Assembly: GCF_964355755.1 (NCBI RefSeq)
Contig: NC_092670.1
Location: 28,570,388-28,634,387, forward strand
Origin: Antedon mediterranea
Taxonomy: Eukaryota > Animalia > Echinodermata
Direction of reading: 5' to 3'
Length of the DNA: 64,000 bases
How positions within the stretch are numbered: position 1 is the stretch's first letter; every line of letters starts with the position of its first letter. Positions 41,801-55,339 of this stretch are shown piece after piece. The notes below the pieces were generated by a model. The model had not been told where the DNA came from and did not search any database. It worked only from the letters and a program-made list of their open reading frames with translations. The translations under genes were made by a program, and so were the position numbers.

Positions 41801-44800
41801 CTCTCGCTGATCTATCTCTCTCTGGCTGATCTATCTATCTCTCTGTCGCTGATCTATCTCTGTCTCGCTGATCTATCTCTCTCTCGCAGATCTATCTCTG
41901 TCTCGCTGATCTATCTCTCTGTCTCGCTGATCTATCTCTGTCTCGCTGATGTATGTATCTCTCTGTCTCGCTGATCTATCTCTCTCTCGCTGATCTATCT
42001 CTGTCTCGCTGATCTATCTCTCTCTCTCTCTCGCTGATCTATCTCTGTCTCGCTGATCGATCCCTCTGTCTCACTGATCTATCTCTGTCTCGCTGATCTA
42101 TCTCTCTGTCTCGCTGATCTATCTCTCTCTCGCTGATCTATCTCTTTCTGGCTGATCTATCTCTCTCTCTCGCTGATCTATCTCTCTCTCGCTGATCTAT
42201 CTCTCTCGCTGATCTATCTCTCTCTCGCTGATCTATCTCTCTCTCGCTGATCTATCTCTCTCTCTCGCTGATCTATCTCTCTCTCTCTCGCTGATCTATC
42301 TCTCTCTCGCTGATCTATCTTTCTCTCGCTGATCTATCTCTCTCTCGCTGATCTATCTCTCTCTCGCTGATCTATCTTTCTCTCGCTGATCTATCTCTCT
42401 ATCGCTGATCTATCTCTCTCTCGCTGATCAATATCTCTCTCGCTGATCTATCTCTCTCTCGTTGATCTCTCTCTCTTGTTGATCTATCTCTCTCTCTCGC
42501 TGATCTATCTCTCTCTCTCGCTGATCTATCTCTCTCTCTCGCTGATCTATCTCTCTCTCGCTGATCTATCTCTCTCTCGCTGATCTATCTCTGTCTCGCT
42601 GATCAATCTCTGTCTCACTGATCTATCTCTGTCTCGCTGATCTATCTCTGTCTCGCTGATCTATCTCTCTCTCGCTGATCTATCTCTGTCTGGCTGATCT
42701 ATCTCTCTCTCCCTGATCTCTCTCTCTCTCTCGCTGATCTATCTCTCTCGCTGATCTATCTCTCTGTCTCGCTGATCTATCTCTGTCTCGCTGATCTATA
42801 TCTCTGTCTCGCTGATCTATCTCTCTGTCTCGCTGATCTATCTCTATGTCTCGCTGATCTATCTCTCTGTATCGCTGATCTATCTCTCTCTCTCGCTGAT
42901 CTATCTTTCTCTCGCTGATCTATCTCTCTATCGCTGATCTATCTCTCTCTCGCTGATCTATCTCTCTCTCTAGCTGATCAATCTCTCTCTCGCTGATCTA
43001 TCTCTCTATCGCTGATCTCTCTCTCTCTCTCTGATCTATCTCTCTCTCTCTCTCTCTCTCTGATCTATCTCTCTCTCGCTGATCTATCTCTCTCTCGCTG
43101 ATCTATCTCTCTCTCGCTGATCTATCTCTCTCTCGCTGATCTATCTCTCTCTCGCTGATCTATATCTCTCTCGCTGATCTATCTCTCTCTCGCTGATCTA
43201 TCTCTCTCTCGCTGATCTATCTCTCTCTCGCTGATCTATCTCTCTCGCTGAACTATCTCTCTCTCGTTGATCTATCTCTCTCTCGCTGATCTATCTCTCT
43301 CTCGCTGATCTATCTCTCTCTCGCTGATCTATCTCTCTCTCTCGCTGATCTATCTCTGTCTCGCTGATCTATCTCTGTCTCGCTGATCTATCTCTGTCTC
43401 GCTGATCTATCTCTGTCTCGCTGATCTATCTCTCTGTCTCGAAGATCTATCTCTGTCTCGCTGATCTATCTCTCTCTCGCTGATCTATCTCTCTCTCGCT
43501 GATCTATCTCTCTGTCTCGCTGATCTATCTCTGTCTCGCTGCTCTATCTCTCTGTCTCACTGATTTATCTCTCTGTCTCGCTGATCTATATCTCTGTCTC
43601 GCTGATATATCTATCTCTCGCTGATCTATCTCTCTGTCTCGCTGATCTATCTCTGTCTCGCTGATCTATCTCTCTGTCTCGCTGATTTATGTCTCTGTCT
43701 CGCTGATCTATCTCTCTCTCTCGCTGATCTATCTCTCTCTCGCTGATCTACCTCTCTCTCGCTGATCTATTTCTCTCTCGCTGATCTATCTCTGTCTCGA
43801 TGATCTATCTCTCTCTCTCGCAGATCTATCTCTGTCTCGCTGATCTATCTCTCTCTCGCTGATCTATCTCTCTCTCGCTGATTTATCTCTGTCTCGCTGA
43901 TCTATCTCTCTCTCGCTGATCTATCTCTCTCTCGATGATCTATCTCTCTCGCTGATCTATCTCTCTCTCGCTGATCTATCTCTCTCTCGCTGATCTATCT
44001 CTCTCTCTCGCTGATCTATCTCTCTCTCGCTGATCTATCTTTCTCTCGATGACCTATCTCTCTCTCGCTGATTTATCTCTCTCTCGCTGATGTATCTCTT
44101 TCTCGCTGATCTATCTCTCTCTCGCTGATCTATCTCTCTCTATCGCTGATCAATCTCTCTCTCGCTGATCTATCTCTCTCTCGTTGATCTCTCTCTCTCG
44201 TTGATCTATCTCTCTCTCTCGCTGATCTATCTCTCTCTCTCGCTGATCTATCTCTCTCTCGCTGATCTATCTCTCTCTCGCTGATCTATCTCTGTCTCGC
44301 TGATCAATCTCTGGCTCACTGATCTATCTCTGTCTCGCTGATCTATCTCTGTCTCGCTGATCTATCTCTCTCTCGCTGATCTATCTCTGTCTGGCTGATC
44401 TATCTCTCTCTCCCTGATCTCTCTCTCTCTCTCTCGCTGATCTATCTCTCTCGCTGATCTATCTCTCTGTCTCGCTGATCTATCTCTGTCTCGCTGATCT
44501 ATCTCTCTGTCTCGCTGATCTATCTCTCTGTCTCGCTGATCTATCTCTATGTCTCGCTGATCTATCTCTCTGTATCGCTGATCTATCTCTCTCTCTCGCT
44601 GATCTATCTCTCTCTCGCTGATCTATCTCTCTCTCTCGCTGATCTATCTCTCTCTCTCGCTGATCGATCTCTCTCTCGCTGATCTATCTCTCTCTCGCTG
44701 ATCTATCTCTCTCTGGCTGATCTATCTATCTCTCTGTCGCTGATCTATCTCTGTCTCGCTGATCTATCTCTCTCTCGCAGATCTATCTCTGTCTCGCTGA

Positions 44801-47800
44801 TCTATCTCTCTGTCTCGCTGATCTATCTCTGTCTCGCTGATCTATCTCTCTGTCTCGCTGATCTATCTCTGCCTCGCTGATCTATCTCTGTCTCGCTGAT
44901 CTATCTCTCTCTCTCTCTCGCTGATCTATCTCTGTCTCGCTGATCTATCTCTCTGTCTCACTGATTTATCTCTCTGTCTCGCTGATCTATATCTCTGTCT
45001 CGCTGATATATCTATCTCTCGCTGATCTATCTCTCTGTCTCGCTGATCTATCTCTGTCTCGCTGATCTATCTCTCTGTCTCGCTGATTTATGTCTCTGTC
45101 TCTCTGATCTATCTCTCTCTCTCGCTGATCTATCTCTCTCTCGCTGATCTATCTCTCTCTCGCTGATCTATCTCTCTCTCTCTCTCGCTGATCTATCTCT
45201 GTCTCGCTGATCTATCCCTCTGTCTCACTGATCTATCTCTGTCTCGCTGATCTATCTCTCTGTCTCGCTGATCTATCTCTCTCTCGCTGATCTATCTCTT
45301 TCTGGCTGATCTATCTCTCTCTCTCGCTGATCTATCTCTCTCTCGCTGATCTATCTCTCTCGCTGATCTATCTCTCTCTCGCTGATCTATCTCTCTCTCG
45401 CTGATCTATCTCTCTCTCTCGCTGATCTATCTCTCTCTCTCTCGCTGATCTATCTCTCTCTCGCTGATCTATCTTTCTCTCGCTGATCTATCTCTCTCTC
45501 GCTGATCTATCTCTCTCTCGCTGATCTATCTTTCTCTCGCTGATCTATCTCTCTATCGCTGATCTATCTCTCTCTCGCTGATCAATCTCTCTCTCGCTGA
45601 TCTATCTCTCTCTCGTTGATCTCTCTCTCTTGTTGATCTATCTCTCTCTCTCGCTGATCTATCTCTCTCTCTCGCTGATCTATCTCTCTCTCTCGCTGAT
45701 CTATCTCTCTCTCGCTGATCTATCTCTCTCTCGCTGATCTATCTCTGTCTCGCTGATCAATCTCTGTCTCACTGATCTATCTCTGTCTCGCTGATCTATC
45801 TCTGTCTCGCTGATCTATCTCTCTCTCGCTGATCTATCTCTGTCTGGCTGATCTATCTCTCTCTCCCTGATCTCTCTCTCTCTCTCGCTGATCTATCTCT
45901 CTCGCTGATCTATCTCTCTGTCTCGCTGATCTATCTCTGTCTCGCTGATCTATATCTCTGTCTCGCTGATCTATCTCTCTGTCTCGCTGATCTATCTCTA
46001 TGTCTCGCTGATCTATCTCTCTGTATCGCTGATCTATCTCTCTCTCTCGCTGATCTATCCTTCTCTCGCTGATCTATCTCTCTATCGCTGATCTATCTCT
46101 CTCTCGCTGATCTATCTCTCTCTCTAGCTGATCAATCTCTCTCTCGCTGATCTATCTCTCTATCGCTGATCTCTCTCTCTCTCTCTGATCTATCTCTCTC
46201 TCTCTCTCTCTCTCTGATCTATCTCTCTCTCGCTGATCTATCTCTCTCTCGCTGATCTATCTCTCTCTCGCTGATCTATCTCTCTCTCGCTGATCTATCT
46301 CTCTCTCGCTGATCTATCTCTCTCTCGCTGATCTATCTCTCTCTCGCTGATCTATCTCTCTCGCTGAACTATCTCTCTCTCGTTGATCTATCTCTCTCTC
46401 GCTGATCTATCTCTCTCTCGCTGATCTATCTCTCTCTCGCTGATCTATCTCTCTCTCTCGCTGATCTATCTCTGTCTCGCTGATCTATCTCTGTCTCGCT
46501 GATCTATCTCTGTCTCGCTGATCTATCTCTGTCTCGCTGATCTATCTCTCTGTCTCGAAGATCTATCTCTGTCTCGCTGATCTATCTCTCTCTCGCTGAT
46601 CTATCTCTCTCTCGCTGATCTATCTCTCTGTCTCGCTGATCTATCTCTGTCTCGCTGCTCTATCTCTCTGTCTCACTGATTTATCTCTCTGTCTCGCTGA
46701 TCTATATCTCTGTCTCGCTGATATATCTATCTCTCGCTGATCTATCTCTCTGTCTCGCTGATCTATCTCTGTCTCGCTGATCTATCTCTCTGTCTCGCTG
46801 ATTTATGTCTCTGTCTCGCTGATCTATCTCTCTCTCTCGCTGATCTATCTCTCTCTCGCTGATCTACCTCTCTCTCGCTGATCTATTTCTCTCTCGCTGA
46901 TCTATCTCTGTCTCGATGATCTATCTCTCTCTCTCGCAGATCTATCTCTGTCTCGCTGATCTATCTCTCTCTCGCTGATCTATCTCTCTCTCGCTGATTT
47001 ATCTCTGTCTCGCTGATCTATCTCTCTCTCGCTGATCTATCTCTCTCTCGATGATCTATCTCTCTCGCTGATCTATCTCTCTCTCGCTGATCTATCTCTC
47101 TCTCGCTGATCTATCTCTCTCTCTCGCTGATCTATCTCTCTCTCGCTGATCTATCTTTCTCTCGATGACCTATCTCTCTCTCGCTGATTTATCTCTCTCT
47201 CGCTGATGTATCTCTTTCTCGCTGATCTATCTCTCTCTCGCTGATCTATCTCTCTCTATCGCTGATCAATCTCTCTCTCGCTGATCTATCTCTCTCTCGT
47301 TGATCTCTCTCTCTCGTTGATCTATCTCTCTCTCTCGCTGATCTATCTCTCTCTCTCGCTGATCTATCTCTCTCTCGCTGATCTATCTCTCTCTCGCTGA
47401 TCTATCTCTGTCTCGCTGATCAATCTCTGGCTCACTGATCTATCTCTGTCTCGCTGATCTATCTCTGTCTCGCTGATCTATCTCTCTCTCGCTGATCTAT
47501 CTCTGTCTGGCTGATCTATCTCTCTCTCCCTGATCTCTCTCTCTCTCTCTCGCTGATCTATCTCTCTCGCTGATCTATCTCTCTGTCTCGCTGATCTATC
47601 TCTGTCTCGCTGATCTATCTCTCTGTCTCGCTGATCTATCTCTCTGTCTCGCTGATCTATCTCTATGTCTCGCTGATCTATCTCTCTGTATCGCTGATCT
47701 ATCTCTCTCTCTCGCTGATCTATCTCTCTCTCGCTGATCTATCTCTCTCTCTCGCTGATCTATCTCTCTCTCTCGCTGATCGATCTCTCTCTCGCTGATC

Positions 47801-48030
47801 TATCTCTCTCTCGCTGATCTATCTCTCTCTGGCTGATCTATCTATCTCTCTGTCGCTGATCTATCTCTGTCTCGCTGATCTATCTCTCTCTCGCAGATCT
47901 ATCTCTGTCTCGCTGATCTATCTCTCTGTCTCGCTGATCTATCTCTGTCTCGCTGATCTATCTCTCTGTCTCGCTGATCTATCTCTGCCTCGCTGATCTA
48001 TCTCTGTCTCGCTGATCTATCTCTCTCTCC
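38888..48030. repeat. Satellite subfamily B array with ~3-kb higher-order repeats
   Basis: Same monomer as subfamily A with frequent CTGTCT variant. Marker GAAGATCTAT at 39369, 40493, 43441 and 46557 (spacings 1124, 2948, 3116). Confidence 0.98.
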
Positions 48031-51000
48031 TCAGAGCGCACATGCAAAAATGCACATCGGCCACCTACAGTTTTCAGTGAGAAACATGCACATTTGATGA
48101 TAATCTAGGGGGACTTTCCACAGTAAGACATAGGCACAGGTGCATGTTTGCTCTCCGCGAGACTGTCACTATGAGAATTGCACATATGCTGATTTACATA
48201 TAATTATTACTCTTTCTCTACCTATTCAATAAAAAGTCTGTAAAATATCGTTTTTCTGAGAGATTATTTAAGTCTCTAATTAACATTCATGTCTCTAATG
48301 ATTTACACGTTATCTTCCTTGTTTTTTATGAAAAATATCGTTTTGGGGAAAAAATTGAGTAATGTTCTAAGAACGATAGGTCGTCATATTTTTTATTTCA
48401 CACTCACCAACATCGTCCTTTAAACATTTACTTTACATTGGAAACATATAACGTTTATATTTTTCCTATGTAAAAAAACACCAAAAGATCGTTTTTCCAG
48501 AGTTTCAACCCGATTTGACATCGGGAAAATGGTTTCCGCGGCGATTTTTATGTGTGTACTTAAAGGTGCACATATGCTGATTTTACCAAAAACACGTTAT
48601 TTTACACAAAAATTCATCGTTTTGTAAAAATTTTGAGTTTCATACACAATACATTTATATACTCTCTTTTTTTAATGAAGAAAACTAAAAAAAATATCGT
48701 GTCTTTTTTGAAAAAAATGTAAAAAACGCGTAATTTCTCAAACTCGAATGCACTTTTGATGATTTTTGAATTTTTTCATGACTTATAACTTGGTATGTAT
48801 TTGATTAAATTGTATGAAGTATGCTTTTCTCTACTCACTTTTCAACAAAGAAAATATTCTCTTGGGTCAAAATCGATAATTTATCGTTTTTCGGCTATAA
48901 TTAATTACCTTTTATGTAAAGAGCGCACGTCTAAATTGAGGTCGCCCTTTCACTGGAGGCTCGTTCGTTATTATATTTTTTAAATAGTTTTATAACTGTA
49001 GTTTGGTTATTTTAATAAAGTAGATTTAATTAATAACTATGCTGAATTTTATTTATTTTTAGGAGTTGTTTGATTAAAATTCGACAATTTTATGTTGCCT
49101 TAATCGAATTTGTTAAAAATTAAACTAGTAAATAAATAAAATTAGCCGTTAGGGTTATGTCAACCCAATGTTTGTGAATGCTAAATTCCGTAATTTCTTC
49201 AAAATTACTACTTTACTTTATATGAAGCAATGCTTTGATTATATTTCTATAACATATCAAAGGGATTTAATTGAAACTGTACAAAAAAGTGACAATTTAT
49301 GCGATTTTCTATACCATACAAAAAAATTTGGAACGCGAAATATCCTTTTTGTAACATACAGAACGAAATTGAAATTTGTTTGCGGTTCAACACACATTGA
49401 GGTTATCGCGTCGGTCCGCAGACGTGACGCTATATTGGCAATTAGGTTTAGCGTAATTTCGCTATCGTAAACAGATATTTTTTTCTTATTTTGCTTCGAT
49501 TTTATTTTAATTTGGCTGTTACACTTATTCTTTCCTTTTATTGGCGTCAGACACTGTGCATTTGTGAACCAAGGGAGATCAATTTAGTGACTTGGGAATG
49601 AGTAAATAGTGAATTATTGAGCATTATTCTGCGGACTTCAAATTCAAAAGTGGAACCCGGAGGTTCAGCGTGGATCAATTATCATAATATAAACAAACGG
49701 GACCAAACAAACATGTAGGATGGCTTTTTTCGGTAAACGATTAAACAAATGACTAGACTATAATATGTAGTACTTTTTATTGTCTTATAATAAACAAGGG
49801 AGAGGTAGGGATCATAGCTATGTCTACGCTAGGCCGAAGTTTAAGCCAGGCTAGTTAGAGGGCCTAGCCTATAGTTATATAGTTAATTGAAGTAGGTAGG
49901 CCTAGATAAAGTAGTCTAGGCCTAGTTTGAATGTTCAAGTACTTTAGTAATACTATCAAAGTATTCACAGCATTTAATCTGTAAAAGGCTCTCTAGACTA
50001 GTTGCTAGCTAGGCGAAAATAACATTATTATTGTTATACTGCCCTTAACTTAATAACATGGAGTAATAATAAGGATAAGGTCTTGTTGGATGAGGCCATC
50101 GATCAAGTTTACATTCCGTACAAGTTGTTCTGTTTTTCTGTTGTAAATTAGTATTTTCTATCAATCATCAACATTTGGTGTTGCGGCTATCGGGACATCA
50201 ACCTCATTGGCTAATAAACAGCTCAGTGAATTTCGGCCACTGATCATGTCTGTTGCCGCATCCCTACTTACCAACAAAAAACACATCTCTTATAGACAAT
50301 CGTCAATAAAAACAATTTTCAGAAAAAAATTTACAAATTAGGTCAGCCGAAACCAAATCAAATTACTAGAAAAAACTAAAAAATATTCATTTGATGCCAG
50401 GTAAACTGTGCCGATAGAAATGGTCATGGTGTACCCTAATGTAAAGAACATACTGTAAAGAAAATAATAAATCTTCTGAAACACCATTTTAAAAGCATTA
50501 CCTTCGATTTCATAAAAGGAAGACACTGTCGTATCTACCATAAATATCATTTGAGAGACAAAAAAAATTCAAGAGTGAAACAAAACACAATACAATATTT
50601 AAAATTTTATTGATTACATCACACAGAGAGTGTCAATATTCCATTACATGAAATGCTTAAATTTGACTGGGAATTATGCAATGAACAATAAATATTTATT
50701 TAAAATAAGAAATAATAATTAATTTGATTTGAATTTATTAGGAAAATCATAAAATATACATACAAAGTAATAACATAATGAGGAAACTGGACAATTGACC
50801 AATGAAGCTAGGAGGTTTTGAATACCGGCAGACTAAAAACTGTCCATTTTAGAGGATTATCAAATGATCAATGTATTAAATAAATAAAAATATTAAATAA
50901 TATTAATATAAAATCCTTTTTTTTAATATACCGAGACATGTTTATCAAAAATATTAGAATTCGTGGAAGGAAATATTTGATTCATATTAAAATGAATTAT

Positions 51001-51459
51001 AGTGGAATTACTCTTGAAATATAAAATACTCATGACAAGAATATAGAAATCACAATTTAATGTACACATTTCATTGCAAAAGTTCCCCCTCTGCTTTTTT
51101 GTAAGGGCTTGGGACCTTCAAATACAAAGTGCAATGAATGATTTAATGTAAATTATAATGTAATTATATAAACTTATTGTAATAATATAAAAATTACAAA
51201 ATAATTCACTACATTAACCATTGCTCTTTGGATTTGGCAGCATTAAAAACTTTTTTTTTATTATCATTTTTATTAACTTTATTGCACATTCAGAAAACCA
51301 TTAGATATGGTGGCCCAATGGCCAAATTGCATAAAATATAAAATATTTTGTAAAAAGTGAAAATAAAATAACAGAACAAAACAAAAAATAGAAGATATAT
51401 ATATATATATGAAACAGTATAAAAACTCTATCCATGGCTACAAAAATCATTTGGAATCA

Positions 51460-52534
51460 TTCTTGTTGCTGTTTTTTTTCCACTCTTGATGATGGTGACG
51501 GGTGGCAACCAATAGCCGATTTTCATGCTTCATCAGATGTTGCAGCACAATACCAATTTCCATAGTACTGAGTGTGGTTCTTATTTAACCTTGGTTGCTT
51601 ACACTTTGAGCACACAATCACAGACATTCTTGGTTTGTACATTTTGATCGGTTTCCAATGGCTTTAGCCACTCGTTTTCTGTACAAGAGGGTAGTTCTAG
51701 GAATGCGAGTACTACTAGCCGCAGGGACTGATGGTGGTGGGTTTGCTATCTCGCCTGGAACTGGGATCGACAGTCTGTTTCCTAGAGTTGCTCGGCCGGA
51801 AGTGTTTTTTGGTTGGACAAATGTGAGAGATGGAGCGCTTGCAGGATCGTTTAGCACCGCTGGATTGGTTAAAGGTTCAAGTAGGGTATTATCAGAGACA
51901 AGTTTGGGTATTGTTGCTGAGATGCCAGATTCCAAAACTTGCTGCTCTTGCTTCTTTGATGTTCTGTTGTACCTGTAATAACATCAATAACAAGTTAAAA
52001 CTCACCGCTGGATGAGTGTCGTATGATTTATCTCCATCAACTGAAGCTTACCAAACAACATCAGGTGTCCATTTGATAGCACTTTCCGACGAATGTTTTT
52101 GTAGCCTTTGCCGATTAGCGGCCAGCGCTGGAAATGTTTCCCTCCGATATATACGGTAGGCGGATACTCTTCACATAGTTTTGTAATAAGGCACTCCATA
52201 TATCGATTGCAGTCCGGCCATTGGGCTGGTCCGGTGTTCTGACCTAAGAAGCATCTGTTAACCTACAAAGTGAAAAACGCAGGAAACTGCCTTACTGTCG
52301 AGTGCTTTCAACACCAGGTATTACAGCAGTCGTTTTACTTTTCTTGAACCTGCCTTTTGTGAGGTAATCATGATGCCGTGCTTTGCGCTTAACGGTTTTG
52401 TCATACGCATCCAGGTTTTTCCACAACTTTGTGACATGTTCAGCATGACTTTGACTTATGACTTCACTGTCTTCCTTAAACTGCATAAGGTAGCAGCCTG
52501 GAATGCTGTCCAGTCCAGTGGAATCCTTAAGTTC
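51460..52534 (-). pseudogene. Decayed spliced 3' part of a transposase-like gene (resembles DUF6729-type proteins) with terminal C-x2-C...H...C zinc knuckle
   Basis: Exons 52534-52296, 52254-52006 and 51972-~51500 join in frame through GT-AG introns: ...GRFKKSKTTAVIPGVESTRQ/CFLGQNTGPAQWPDCNRYMECLITKLC...RWPLIGKGYKNIRRKVLSN...LQLMEINHTTLIQR/YN...PRTTLLYRK...*LCSKCKQPRLNKNHTQYYGNWYC. There is an in-frame stop at 51618-20 and no 5' part was found. The family label is from recollection only. Confidence 0.7.
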
Positions 52535-53005
52535 CTAAATTTTGTTAAGAAAATATGAAAACAACATAAATTATAAGACTTTATGCATTGTATTGCAAAA
52601 CAGAAACAAAATTTATGAGGTAAATAATAATAATATTTATTCGGTCATCAATGTAAAAACAAGCACGAATGTGGGGGTACAGCGAAAGAAGCTGTAATGA
52701 CGTCATAAGACCATAAAGAGAAAATGTTTTATAAGGGAAATAAGAATAAAGGTGGGCGATACCCACAAAAGAGAAGAAAAACAAATGCTTTGAATCTCAA
52801 CCAAAGTTACATTAAGCAAGTCTTCAATGTATCAATATTTGATTTGATCATCGGATGAGTTTGTAATTAATTTAATCCTGAGAATTCCATATAATTTGTA
52901 ATTCTAACATGAAGCTATAAAATTAGATGATTCTACCATAGCATAACATAAATGGAGCATGATTGAGAAGAGACAGCATTATGTTATTATATGACATTTT
53001 TTGCT

Positions 53006-53120
53006 TTAAAAGTGACAATTGCTAGTATACAACAGGGAAGACAGGCAGGCCCGAGGTGCTCTGAATCTCTGATGTAGAATTACATCTCTGTCGTAGAAAG
53101 TTCCAGGAAGACATATGACA
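53006..53120 (-). CDS. Candidate terminal exon of a host gene (PX-domain-like)
   Basis: Acceptor TTTTCCTTGTATAG. In frame with the 53249-53209 exon across an 88-nt intron, giving (S)VICLPGTFYDRDVILHQRFRAPRACLSSLLYTSNCHF*. Confidence 0.35.
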
Positions 53121-53208
53121 CTATACAAGGAAAACCAAAAATAAAATTGATTATAACGTAATGTGCAGGTGGTAATTGTGTTGCCTTAATAACTTCTGTA
53201 GAAACTAC

Positions 53209-53249
53209 CTTTCGATTGATCTGACCTTAGGTAGGTTGTCGGTGGTCAT
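53209..53249 (-). CDS. Candidate internal 41-bp exon of the same gene
   Basis: TTCTAGTTTCAG|ATGACCACC...GAAAG|GTAGTT, encoding MTTDNLPKVRSIE. Phase-compatible with the exons on both sides. Confidence 0.35.
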
Positions 53250-54757
53250 CTGAAACTAGAATACATCAAAACTGCCAAGTTGAGGAGTGAGGGAGGACGT
53301 CCTAATATCTCTGCATGCACACAATGTTCTGAACACAACCTTATTTTAAGTATTATGGAATAAAAATTTATTTGATTGATTAATGGATTACCTTGGGAAT
53401 TACCTGAATACAGTAAATGCAACCAGTTACAATAGTTGTCATCATTAATGACCTCAACACCAACCCACATAGATGAAACTGAAAGTATAACAATGTAAAT
53501 ACAGTTGTTCTGAGTTCAGTAATGTGGGGGAAGTTAGTAATAACTAGCGTCAGAATAAACAACACAGGTACCAATAATAAAGCAGGAGTTCTCAACAGTT
53601 TTCAATCGTACGCCACATTGTAATTTACTAATAATGTTGTGTGCCAGAGATAGAATGTGAAGTCACAGGTGGGGGAACCAGCCGTGTAACAAGGGTGTTG
53701 TGTTGAATTGTGAACAAAGCATTATAGTCAACACTCCTACTAGTAAACAAAACAGAAACAAAATATTTCATCTCATATTTGATACAACACAGTTCGTTAA
53801 GTTGTGCAGTATTATTATTTAATTTGACATTTAATTAAATAAAACACATGCATACAAAACATACGTATTGTAAACTCTTACTTTTAAACTGCAAAAGGAT
53901 GTTATGATGAAGAATATCCAGAATGTTAACAGCAACTAACTGTTGGTGGAAAATTAATGGCATATTAAAATATTAGAGTTTTCAGTTTATATTTATTAGA
54001 CAACTGATAGACAAACTATATATAGATAGATATTACCCAAGTACAAATAATAATTCACTGTCAATTAATAATTTATAACTTTTTTTTTTTCATTTATAAC
54101 AATATTTGTAAAAATTATACTAAACCTTTTGTTTAGATACGCTTTTTGAAATAATGCCCTGCTATTTTAGGGTATTTAACATTAGCGTATACTCAGAGTA
54201 TACATACAGAAGAGTTGGTGTTAAAAAGGAGAAAGCAGAAATAAAAATAACCTATTACAAGTAAAATAGTTTTTGCAAACTAGCTACAGTGTGGTTATAA
54301 CTTACCAGGTCTAAATATGTTTGTTGTAATAATGACTGCTAAAAACCATGACTCTGAAAGAAACTCAAAGTAACTCAAACTACATGTTAATCAACATCAA
54401 AACATATGAAAATAATAAGGTAGCATGTTGTGGTGGCTTTATCATTAACTAAAATACTGCCATGTTAGGATATGCTTGGGATTGGCTTCACGTTCTATTT
54501 CTGCCAATTTTCTGAATAATCTATTAAGCTACAGAATGCTAGAATTATGTTTAACCTGTCTGTGATTTGATGATCCATATATAACATCTTGAAAGGTCTT
54601 TCCTTGCATAGAAGACAAAACTACTGTTTTCATTAATTACTTTATAGAATTTTATTTTTCTTTTTTTGTAACTTAAATTAACATTTCCATTATTAAATCA
54701 TTTAAAATAGTATAACATTTCAACAATTCATTATTAACACATGCTATGAATATAATA

Positions 54758-55198
54758 TAGTCGACTCTCCAAATACTGGACTCTGAACTGAAAAAACCGA
54801 ACACTCTCCCAATACCAGAATTGTCTTGAGGACCAGAAGACCCCAAATTCCTAAGCTAATATTAAGAGAATTTTCCAAAGAATGTAGGGAAAGTTTTGTG
54901 TAACTGAGCAGACAGGTCTATTTTCAATAAGGTGATGGGACCAGGATAGCTTTATTTGCCAAGTCATGCATAACATATCGTTTGAGGGGCTTCATAAGCA
55001 GCCGCACATGTGGTTTAATCTTTTGTTTTAATTTAGCTGACTGAGACAATCACTACATAGTTGCACGCTTATCCACTTTAGCGGACTTCCTGCTATGCGG
55101 AACAGGATGTAAACTCGTTAAAAAACACATTCCAAATACCAAACCGTTACGGAATCCAACATATTCTGCCAGGTGTCCGGTATTAGGAAAGTTGACTG
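54758..55198. mobile_element. Tc1/mariner Tigger/pogo-like MITE (441 bp)
   Basis: TA|TAGTCGACTCTCCAAATACTGGACTCT versus reverse complement of the right end TA|CAGTCAACTTTCCTAATACCGGACACCT. TA TSD and a CAGT-type terminus. Confidence 0.75.
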
Positions 55199-55339
55199 TA
55201 CAATAATGAATAATTTATCAACTACATATGTTATTAAACCACCACACAAACAATTAATGTTAAATATTAAACGATGAGACATGTTTTGTCTAAATCAACT
55301 AACAATTACTTATTAAGGGTATGTTCAGACTCTTGACGT

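Noticed and set aside
48167-48173. CACTATG as a Transib/ProtoRAG terminus
   Set aside because: No matching CATAGTG end or 5-bp TSD was found in the window, and a lone heptamer is expected by chance.
51658-52558. Plus-strand ORFs 51658-51978, 51830-52015 and 52370-52558
   Set aside because: They are antisense shadows of the minus-strand transposase-like relic.
53583-53600. CAGGAGTTCTCAAC resembling a hAT/Charlie terminus
   Set aside because: No partner inverted end or 8-bp TSD was found.
54306-54353. 48-bp minus-strand exon-like segment (TTTCAG|...|GTAAGT)
   Set aside because: Its only open frame is phase-incompatible with the neighbouring candidate exons, and there is no other support.
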